Assembly (NCBI GenBank): GCA_951406725.2
Contig: OX597823.1
Coordinates: forward strand, 94,364,001 to 94,428,000
Reading direction: 5' to 3'
Length of the DNA stretch: 64,000 nucleotides
Source of the DNA: Octopus vulgaris
Lineage: Eukaryota
In this document: positions 53,924 to 64,000 of the stretch, one piece after another
Numbering within the stretch: position 1 is the stretch's first letter
How the letters are laid out: every line of letters begins with the position of its first letter
Made by a program: the position numbers and the translations under genes
The notes under the pieces: generated by a model
What the model was told of the DNA's origin: nothing
What the model saw: only the letters and a program-made list of their open reading frames with translations
The model's database searches: none

Positions 53924-55380
53924 CGTTTGGCCAATCAGATTCGCAAGCAACCATGAAAGCATCGATTTGTGGGTTCGATTTAGCCTGACGTTAGCTCATC
54001 ATTTTTCGGTCATTTGTTTATATCTAAAAATTGTCGTTTCGAAATCGGAGAATAAATATCATTGATATATAATTATTATACTATGAGCCTTGCATAGTAG
54101 CTTTCTCTCCGTAACTCGCAAAGCATTTCGGGTTTGTTTATAAATATATTATTTATACATATTTATACACACACAAGCGCGAGCGCGCGCACACACACAC
54201 ATATATATATATACGACGGGCTTCATTCAGTTTCTATCTACCAAATCCACACGCAAGAACTTGGTCGACCCGGGGCTATTGTAGAAAACAATGCCACACA
54301 GTGCAACTGAACACGAAAGCATGAGGTTTGGAAGCAAGCTTCTTAACACACAGCCAGGCCAGCTTCTTCAGAAAAATAAAAATAAAAACTTCTTTTTAAA
54401 TTTTTTAGTCAATTCTATATTCTAAAGAAGAGAAACTATGTGGTCGCTCAACGTGCTAAAAATAACAGCGAATTATCCTTTAGATATCACTCCAGCATCG
54501 TGGAAAAGAAGGTGAAGGACTGGATAATTCACTCCTAGATACAAAAAAGGGTTACCTCTCTTACTTTTAGTGCAATGGAATACCAGACCTGCCCTTTTTG
54601 ATTGCAGTTGTTTGCATTATTGGTTCAAATCTTTCGAACATCCCGCACCAAAGAAGACCTCTACGCTATTGTCTTTCATCGAGAGATTTAAGAAGCACGA
54701 AATACTTTTTCAACCTCAACTGAATAATACTCCAAATCCTTCAACTCTACCGAGGTATACTTGAGGAATTTTGCAATTTATCCCATTAACTGCCAAATTT
54801 TTTTTATCCATGTTTTATGGCTTCGCCAGGTGTCTTAGAAGTTAAAATAATACATAGTATCTAAATTTTCTTTTTATGTGAATTATTTTGGAAATTATGA
54901 TAAATTTTTCGAACAGTCTCAAATGGGGATCGCTGGAAGAAAGCATATTTATCCTTTTCTATTCAATTGCAATAATAAACATTTTAGTTTTCTTTTTAAA
55001 CTCTAGTTTCAGATGCGAATGTGTATGAAATAACAACGAACGATATAGATGGGAAATGCAAAAAAAAAAACGTTTTTAAAACAGTTAATATTTTTGTGGT
55101 TCAAAAATTGTAATTTATGACATAAAATATCCTCTAAAATTAGCCAGAGCTAATAACGACAAAATTTAATTACTAAATATTGTTAAACACACCTCTGTAT
55201 ATACAATATACATAAGCATTTTCACTTTAAATACAACGAACAACAGGCAGTGAGACTGTTTTTAGCAGATCCCCAAAAGGGGCTCATGGTAGGCAATGGT
55301 TTAATCATGGCGGAGATAGTTTTTCACAAAGCCATCATTACAGAATTGACGATAGAAACCATCCTTTCTAAAATAGGCAT

Positions 55381-55463
55381 AAAGCTAGAAATTTTGACAT
55401 AATTTTGACATAAAGCTAGAAATTTTGACATAATTTTGACATTAAGCTAGAAATTTTGACATA
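55381..55463. repeat. 31-bp minisatellite, ~2.7 copies
   Basis: aaagctagaaattttgacataattttgacat repeated. Confidence 0.85.
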
Positions 55464-56172
55464 ATCAGTCGATTATGTCGGCCTCAGATCGATTGGTACT
55501 TATTTCACCGACCTCGAAGGAATGAAAAGTAAAGTCGACCACGGTGGAATTTGAACCCAGAGCATAAAGACGGACGAAATGCCGCTAAGCATTTTGCCCG
55601 CCTTGCTAACGATTCTGCCATCATTCCAGCCTAGCAATCAAAATAATATTATTATTGATATCAGTTTTACTATCAAAAGATGGCGGCGAAATGGTAGAAT
55701 CGTTTGTAGGCCGGTTAAAATGCATTGCTCTATTTCGTTCGTCTTTATGTTCTGTGATCAAATTCCGCCGAGGTTCACTTTCTCTTTAAAATTTACGTGC
55801 ACAATAAAAATTAGTACCAGTTACGCACTGGGGTTCAATTAATCAGCTAGCCCACCACCCCGAACTTGCTGGCCTTGTGCCAAAATTTGTACCAATTACA
55901 AGAGATTACACCTTAGTGGTTAAGGTGCATGACAAATGATCATTAAGTCGTAGGTTCAATTCACAATGAGACCAAAAGGTTTAGAGCAGAATCGTTACCG
56001 CTCCGGACAAAATGCTTTGCGACATTTCATCCGCCCTTACCTTCTGTATTCCAATTCTTCCAAGGTCGACTTTGCCTTTCATCCTTTCAAGATCGATAAA
56101 ATAAGTACCAGTTGTGCACTGGGGTCGATGTAACCCCCTGAACTTGCTGAACTTGTACCAAAATTTGAAACG

Positions 56173-56232
<60 letters not shown>

Positions 56233-56274
56233 GTTATTATTATTATTAATAATAATAATATTATTATTATTAAT

Positions 56275-56597
56275 GCCTTTACACAGCTTCTAACGCTGGA
56301 GATGTTCTACAGTGTCAGCTGTTCACTACCAGTGAACTAAGGTATCACCTCTTATTTTTCGAGCACCATCCGAGTTATTCGAGCGGTTCCAAGAAGTGTT
56401 GTTTCTGCAAGTGCCCCACCCTTATTGCAGCCCCTATTTCTTCCATGTACTTCTCAAGATTTTTGCTCACTATTCCTATGGCTACGACAAGTATTGGTAC
56501 TACAACCACCTTTTTCATCGACCACAACTGCTTTACCTCCCAAGCTAGCCTGTCATACCTATCGACTTTTCTTTCTTCCTTATCGCATGCCTTGTTG
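56275..56597 (-). mobile_element. R4/Dong-like LINE 3' end (second family)
   Basis: ACDKEERKVDRYDRLAWEVKQLWSMKKVVVVPILVVAIG...LLGTARITRMVLEK*; bounded by (TAA)n on both sides. Confidence 0.8.
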
Positions 56598-56621
56598 ATT
56601 ATTATTATTATTATTATTATT

Positions 56622-58352
56622 CAGTAGTTTTATTTTTATAGCGTGCTTTCACTTCACTACCGAGCGCAGCTCTGTGTGCCTTGGGTATGTGCTGTGATTT
56701 GTTGTGATGCTCTGATGGTTATTGTATGGAAAGTGTTCTGCGTAGGATGTGTGCGGTGCCTAGTAGTGCAATTTTCTGTATGTTATATGTGTTTGTAAGT
56801 CCTGGTGTTTTTGTTATGTATTTGTCTGAATATTTTTTTATCATGCCTAATGCACCTACTATGATAGGAATTGTTTCTGTTTTCAGATTCCACATTCTAG
56901 TTACCTCTATTTCCAGGTCTTTGTATTTTGAGAGTTTCTCCATTTCTTTTAGAGACACGTTGTCATCTGCCGGTATTGATACATCAATTAGAAAGCATTT
57001 TTTTCTTCATGATCTCTGACAACTATATCTGGTCTGTTGGCCTTAATTTCTCTATCTATGTGTATCGGCATATCCCAGAGTATGGTTGCTTTCTCGTTTT
57101 CTGTGACCTTTTCTGGTATGTGCCTATACCATCTTTTTTCTGTTGTTATTCCATAATGTTGGCATAGCTTCCAATGTATGTAGGTTCCAACTCTGTCATG
57201 TCTGTGAATATATTCCTTCTTAGCCAGGACTGGGCAGCTAGAGATAATATGATTTATTGTTTCTTGTCCATCTCCACATATTCTGCAGTTACTTGTAATA
57301 TTTCTTTTCATTACATGTTTTTGGTAATTTCTGGTGGGGAGGCTTTGGTCTTGTGCTGAAATTAAAAATCCCTCTGTTTCTGCTTTGAGTCCTGAGCTTC
57401 TCAACCATTGCTGGGATTTTTCTTTGTCTATTTCTTTTGCGTTTAGTTTAGTCCAGTATTTACCATGAAGGGGCTTTTCTTGCCATCGCTTTATCATGGT
57501 TCGTTGCTGTTCTACTTTTAGTTTGGATTTCATTTGTTTTATAGCTTTTGTTGTTTCTTCATCTTCTTCTTCTTCTTCTTCTTCATGTTTATTAGGTGGT
57601 ATGATTTCTTGTTTGTATTTGTCAGCTTCCTTAAATACTGAGAACAGTTTTTTGTTTTGCTCGTGTTTTGCCGCTATCTGGATCAGTTTTCCTTCCTTCT
57701 GAAGTAGATATTTTTGCAGTCCTATGGTGGTTATTTTATAGTAGTTTTCCAGCTGTATAAAGCCTCTACCACCTTCTATACGTTGTATATATAGTCTTTC
57801 TATGTCAGATTTTGGGTGATGCATCCTAGATCCTGTCATTATTTTTCTTGTTTTCCTATCTATTTTGGTCAGTTCATTTCGTGTCCAGTTAAGGATATTG
57901 TAGCTGTAACTTATAACTGGGACAGCTGAAGTGTTGATACCTATTATCTTGTTTTTAGCATTGAGCTCTGTTTTTAGTATTGATCTAACTCGTCTATAAT
58001 ATTCTTTTTTTATTTTCTCTTTCATTTGTGTGTGTTGTGTCTTATCTAGTTCATGGATTCCTAAGTATTTGTAAGTTTGGCTTTGGTCTAATTCTTTTAT
58101 TTCATTGGTTTTATCTAGTGTGATGTTGTTACTCTTAACTAGTTTTCCTCTTTTCATGGTTACTTTGGCGCATTTTTCTAATCCAAATTTCATATCTATT
58201 TCTTTGGTAAATCCATGAACTGTCTTTAATAGTGTTTCCAGCTGTTTGTCATTTGCAGCGTATAGTTTTAGGTCATCCATATATAAAAGGTGGCTGATCG
58301 TTTTGCCGTAACATTTATATCCGCATCCAGTTCTATTTAGTATATCAGATAG
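56622..58352 (-). mobile_element. Young 5'-truncated R4/Dong-like LINE (RT C-terminal half, CCHC, RLE, 3' UTR)
   Basis: HLLYMDDLKLY; CRICGDGQETINHIISSC; NRPDIVVRD; IDVSIPAD; EKLSKYKDL; PIIVGALG. One frameshift in an A tract near 57000; (TAA)n at both ends. Confidence 0.95.
56719..58352 (-). pseudogene. RT/RLE polyprotein fragment (~540 codons, single frameshift)
   Basis: ORFs 56988..58280 and 56719..56958 join across the frameshift (HEEK/KCFLIDVSIPADD). Confidence 0.9.
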
Positions 58353-58353
58353 A

Positions 58354-58419
<66 letters not shown>

Positions 58420-58536
58420 TTTTGCATAGCTTCTGGCGCTGGAGATGTACTACAGTGTCAGCTGTTCACTACCAGTGAACTAAGGTAGCACCTCTTATTA
58501 TTATTATTAATTATTATTATTATTATTATTATTATT

Positions 58537-58750
58537 CAGTAGTTTTATTTTTATAGCGTGCTTTCACTTCACTTCACTACCGAGCGCAGCTCTGTGTGCT
58601 TTAGGTATGTGCTGTGATTTGTTGTGATGCTCTGATGGTTATTGTATGGAAAGTGTTCAGCGTAGGATGTGTGCAGTGCCTAGTAGTGCAATTTTCTGTA
58701 TGTTATATGTGTTTGTAAGTCCTGGTGTTTTTGTTATGTATTTGTCTGAA

Positions 58751-58755
<5 letters not shown>
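58537..58755 (-). mobile_element. Second, short 3' copy of the same Dong-like LINE
   Basis: Near-identical to 56622-56835; flanked by (TAA)n. Confidence 0.9.
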
Positions 58756-58825
<70 letters not shown>

Positions 58826-59100
58826 CATTTGACTACATTCAGTTCTCCGAATGAAGCATTTTTTCTTTTTTCTTTCTGTCTGTGTAGAATTTGAATGTTC
58901 TTTCTTGTCTTTATTTACGCAATGACAATATCCCTTGTGCGACTGGATGAGAAAGTATAGGAATCACTGCAACGCAACGAAATTCTGTCTCCACATGAGT
59001 TAACGACTCTGATGTCTGCAGTGACTGAAGAAGCAGTCTCTTTGAATCGTCTTACCATTCGCATTGAGTCAGAAGGAATGATGACAGCAGCAACAACAAC

Positions 59101-59153
<53 letters not shown>

Positions 59154-59160
59154 CAGCAGC

Positions 59161-59204
<44 letters not shown>

Positions 59205-59261
59205 CAGTATTATTATTATTATTAGTAGTAGTAGTAGTACCAGTAGTAGCAGCAGCGACAA

Positions 59262-59312
<51 letters not shown>

Positions 59313-59318
59313 CAGTAT

Positions 59319-59368
<50 letters not shown>

Positions 59369-59777
59369 ACAGCAGCAACTACAGATCCGCTAGTTATTTA
59401 TTGAACGTGTTTTGCTGATAAAATTATTCTTATCCTACTTACTCAGCGTCGTTAAATTCCAAGAAGCCTCCTCCTCCTCCACCTCCTCCGCCTCCTCCTC
59501 ATCCTCCTTCTTCATCGTTTCTCTTGCTTTTGCTCATCTCCCTCCAGTGCAATGTTCAGAAGTAACATCAAAGATAAAGACTCTAAAATGGCGGATTATT
59601 TGACAAGCGTTCATAAAATTCATACTGATGATCCATTAACATCTCTACACCTCTCCGGGACCACTTTCAGCGTTTACTTCTGCCCGTATTAATCGTATTG
59701 TGCTTGATCGTAAATATAGTAATCCTATGTTTGTTCATATCCGCCATGTTACGTATATATACCGATTACTATTTTAC

Positions 59778-59837
<60 letters not shown>

Positions 59838-60266
59838 GTGTATTTTTGTTAATGTATTACGTATTTGTCGCAGTAAAGATCGTTATTAATATCGAGTCCG
59901 CACAAAAGTGAGATTATTTCTCTCTTTGCAAATCTACACCAGAATATTACATTATCCTGCGCATCAAATATCCAATGTGTACAATTCGTATTAGTGTTTG
60001 CATACAATTGTCAATCTCGATGTCGATTTTTAACTCTCTAAATTCCCTTTGAGGCTCGTTTGGACGGCCAAAGAAATTACATTTGATTACTGATACGCGC
60101 ATGTGCATGTATATCCGTTCGTGCGTAATTGTATTCGTGTTTGCGTGCTTGAGTATTCGAGATTGTGGCTGGTGTGTCTATATGTATTTGTCTATACCTG
60201 TGCGCATTACTAAAATAACATTGTTTACGAAGAGGACGGTGTGTTTCTCCAAAATCAACTCATATA

Positions 60267-60585
60267 CAGTGGAACGTCAGTTTACGAATACCTCTCATTA
60301 CGAACTAATCGGTTTACGAACAATTTTTTCAACATTAAGCCTCTTCAATGACGAATGGTGTCTTAAGTAACGAACACGCAAGCTGATAACAACGTTGACG
60401 AAAACAGGGAATATCAGCGGAAAAGCGACAGTTATTGTCTCACTTTTGCTCAGTTCATATACCTGATCGAATTCGCTGTGTCTTCTCTCAAATTTCCTAT
60501 GGATAAAATAGTTTCGATTTACGAACATTTTGTGTGACCAACAGCCCTCATGAACAAATTAGATACGTAAACCTTGCTCCCACTG
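60267..60585. mobile_element. pogo/Tigger-type MITE
   Basis: TA|cagtggaacgtcagtttacgaat ... atacgtaaaccttgctcccactg|TA: imperfect TIRs, TA TSD, internal ttacgaa repeats. Confidence 0.75.
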
Positions 60586-60694
60586 TACTTTTATACAATA
60601 CAAATGCTTTCGTTTGATTTCATCTTACATGCACTATGATGAGGGAGGCTGGGTTTTAATTTTTTTAAATGGCGGGAACTTAGTTGCCAACCTA

Positions 60695-60731
<37 letters not shown>

Positions 60732-60857
60732 GGTCCCGGGTTGAGTCGGGGTTAACCACAGTAAATAAGGTACTCAATACATAGCAGAGTAAATTAATTT
60801 ACTGACGATTTCTTTTGAATGAAACAGTTCTAGTCCTGTAGAAGCTCCTTCTATAAA

Positions 60858-60932
<75 letters not shown>

Positions 60933-60934
<2 letters not shown>

Positions 60935-61410
60935 TAATAATAGGTGAGTGTACAGGTACTAATCAATTACGGCAGTTTCTACCATGAGGCAACAGAAACT
61001 TCCAAGTTATCTTCATCACGTCTGTGATATACGGGAATAGATCATGATGATGATGATGGTGATGATAAGTCTAGATAATATTTTGAAAAGTAACTTTCAT
61101 TATTCCTCATCAAAACAGACCCCTGCTTACAGAAACCACTTGGTCTTGCCATTTTTACAGACCAAGAATCAACTTGTCATCTTCTATTGAAAGAACTGAC
61201 CAACTGTATAGATATAAAACACATTTTGTTCTTTCTTTCTTCCTTTCTTTCTTTCCTTCTCTTTTCCATTGACATTAAGGAAAAACAGTTTTTCACTTTG
61301 AAAACAATTTTCTTTCAGACCCCTTGGTGAGTTGGCTGAACCTAGAAAGCATCTGTTCCAACCATCTACTAAAAATATTCTTTTTCTTTATCTCCTGTAC
61401 AAAACACTAC

Positions 61411-61449
<39 letters not shown>

Positions 61450-61745
61450 ACACTCTCTCTCGCGTTCTCCCACCACTATCTCCCCATTCCTCTTCTACTT
61501 TTCCTACCCTATACACTCCACATTACTCTTCTTTCCTCCTCTCTCCCTCCACCTCTACCCATTCACTAATACTATTAAGAGAGACAAATCGCTTCACACA
61601 ATTTAAATCTGAAGAGTCTATTAGAGTAGAAGAAAATATGTCATTTGTAAAAACATATGACATGTTAATAAATATTTGTATGTGTACAACCATCCAGATC
61701 TCTAAATACCTTATTTTTTCTAACATGTGTGTGTGTATGTGTGTA

Positions 61746-61841
<96 letters not shown>

Positions 61842-61997
61842 CCCTCTGAAGAAGCCTAGGGGCACATCCATTATCCAAACCCTGTCCCATAAGTGTTCAT
61901 CCCCGTATATCACAGACGTGATGAAGATATCTTGGAAGTTTTTGTTCCCTCATAGTAGAAACAGCCATAAGTACCTATACACTCATCTATTATTTTG
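60933..61997. repeat. Inverted pair of a ~100-bp repeat (60933-61036 minus, 61900-61997 plus)
   Basis: cccgtatatcacagacgtgatgaagata.cttggaagttt.tgtt.cctcat.gtagaaac.gcc.taa is present in both orientations. Confidence 0.8.
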
Positions 61998-62147
61998 CCA
62001 GCTATGAAACATACGGACCTGAATTTTATCTACTTCATTCCTTCATTTTGAATTTTTATTCACATAAACAGCAACCGCAGCTGCAAGCCGTAAGCTATAA
62101 AATAACTTTTTCCAGTTTATCGAACTTCGACATGGGAAAAAATTATA

Positions 62148-62555
62148 GGCGTAGGAGTAGTTGTGTGGTAAGAAGCTTGTTTTCGAACCACACGGTTCCG
62201 GGTTCAGTCCCACTGCATGGCACCTTGGGCAAGTGTCTTCTACTATAGCCTCGGTCCAACCAAAGTCTTCTGAGTGGATTTGGTAGACGGAAATTGAAAG
62301 AAGCCCGTCGTATATATATATGTGTGTGTGTGTTTGTTATTTGTGTCTGTGTTTCTCCCCCCGCCATTGCTTGACAATCGATGTTAATGTGGTTACGTCC
62401 CCGTCACCTAGCGGTTCAGCAAAAGAGAACGATAGAATAAGTACTAGACTTACAAAGAATAAGTCCTGGGGTCGATTTGTTCGACTAAAGGTGGTGCTCC
62501 AGCATGGCTGTAGTTAAATGACTGAAACAAATAAAAGGGAAAAAAAAGAAAAAGA
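62148..62555 (+). mobile_element. Family B CORE-type SINE, full length
   Basis: ggcgtaggagtagttgtgtggtaag...gggttcagtccc...ggcaccttgggcaagtgtctt...gactgaaacaaataaaa. Confidence 0.85.
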
Positions 62556-63129
62556 AACCTCCTACGTGAATAAACAACTGAAAGCTGTTCTTTTATACCT
62601 TCTACAGACTGCTGGAAACTTACTAGCTTCCTACACTTTGATCCTTGGATCTTACCTTGACACATGTGTGTGTGTACATATACACACTTACATACATACA
62701 CACATACTTATATACACACATACATACATACACACATACATACATTCACACATACATACTTACACACATACATACATACACACATACACACACACATACA
62801 TACACACATAATACATATACACATACATACACACATACATGCAAACATACACAGATACATACATACACACATAATACATACATACATACATACATACATA
62901 CAAACATACACAGATACATAATACATATACATATACACACAAACATACATACTCACATACATACACACATATGCACATGCATGCTCACATACATACATAC
63001 ACACATACGTATATTAGCACATTTTGACACCAAAAATAAAAGAAATGGATGAAATGGAATTTTTTTAAAAATATTACCCAATCAGAAAATATAAACAAAA
63101 AAAATAATTTCCCAAATGATGAGACATAC

Positions 63130-63308
63130 TTTCGCAAAGGAAATCCGAGACATTTCATGGAAACTCTGAACAGAATTTAAATACATTCCTTCATCGATAT
63201 TCTTTAAATCCTGAAGAATTTTGGATCTTCTGCTGGATTTCCGGTCACCAGCATCACAACTCCAACGCATTCTTTTGTAGTATACGACATTTTGATTTGT
63301 GATTATCC
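63130..63308 (-). CDS. Candidate internal coding exon of an unidentified gene
   Basis: Acceptor ttcttcttttgtgtgttttacag, donor AAA|gtatgt; 179 nt open in exactly one frame (IITNQNVVYYKRMRWSCDAGDRKSSRRSKILQDLKNIDEGMYLNSVQSFHEMSRISFAK). No homology recognised. Confidence 0.35.
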
Positions 63309-63753
63309 CTGTAAAACACACAAAAGAAGAACGATAAAACAAAATTGTTTCTTAAAACAAGCGTTTCATCAAATGTCTTTGATTTTTCGATAGGAAATGT
63401 TCTTTTCATCTCTTTATGGTTTTTCTCTGTTTTTGGTCTTCGAGTATCGTAGTTCTTTTGTTTTGTTATTTCTTTCTTTACTTTTCTTCTCATCCGTGAG
63501 TTCCATTACGGTTGTTCTTTTTTTTATGACAATATCTCTGGGACCTGTTCAAAGAGAGCCCAAGCTATATTTTTAATTTCGGTTCTTCTCTGTGTGTGTG
63601 TGCGTGCGTGTGTGTGTGTGTGTGTGTATGTATGTGTGTGTGTGTGTCTGTGTGTGTCTGTACATACACAGGATTTTAAAAAGAGTTACTAATAGTTTCG
63701 TGCCGTAAAGACAAAATAATTTAGCAGGTTTATATAACATGCCATATAACAAA

Positions 63754-63976
63754 GGCGGCGAGCTGGCAGAAACGTTAGCACATCGGGCGAAATGCTTAGT
63801 GGAATTTCGTCTGCCGCTACGTTCTGAGTTCAAATTCCACCGAGGTCGACTTTACCTTTCGGGGTCGATTAAATAAGTACCAGTTACGCACTGGAGTCGA
63901 TATAATCGACTTAATCCGTTTGTCTGTCCTTGTTTGTCCTTTCTGTGTTTAACCCCTTGTGGGTAGTAAAGAAAAA
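63754..63976 (+). mobile_element. Family A Meta-domain SINE, full length
   Basis: ggcggcgagctggcagaaacgttag head, gagttcaaattcc B box, Meta domain. Possible ~20-bp TSD aggtt(t/a)atataacatg(c/t)cat at 63726-63745 and 63976-63995. Confidence 0.9.
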
Positions 63977-64000
63977 GGTTAATATAACATGTCATGTGTC

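Noticed and set aside
54571-54755. Plus-strand open frame after ttacttttag
   Set aside because: Weak donor (GTATAC), no homology; an open frame of this length is expected by chance.
55381-55463. Short direct repeats resembling a CRISPR array
   Set aside because: No unique spacers; eukaryotic minisatellite formed at a SINE end.

Overview
Repeat-saturated eukaryotic (animal) genomic DNA, almost certainly from an octopus (coleoid cephalopod), judging by the SINE families and the density of (TA)n/(CA)n/(TAA)n/(GATA)n microsatellites. It is intronic or intergenic, and I recognise no intact host gene; most ORF-track entries are microsatellite artefacts. Recognisable content: R4/Dong-type RLE LINEs sitting in (TAA)n tracts (one near-intact 3' half at 56.6-58.4 kb), CR1/Jockey-group and RTE remnants, a Penelope-like element with GIY-YIG, mariner/Tc1, hAT-Buster and pogo-type remnants, a composite Helitron splitting a mariner, and at least four tRNA-headed SINE families. 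The most striking signal is about 15 type-I hammerhead-ribozyme (HHR) motifs from several unrelated repeat families. The top candidate system is at 6.3-7.8 kb: a 366-bp tandem HHR repeat (retrozyme-like) whose one unit is interrupted by an 825-bp ORF-bearing insertion with a 13-bp target-site duplication, so the insert ends up bracketed by two ribozymes (1204-nt unit). A tRNA-headed SINE carrying a 3' HHR lies at 41.0-41.2 kb. All calls are by eye; no searches or folding programs were run.
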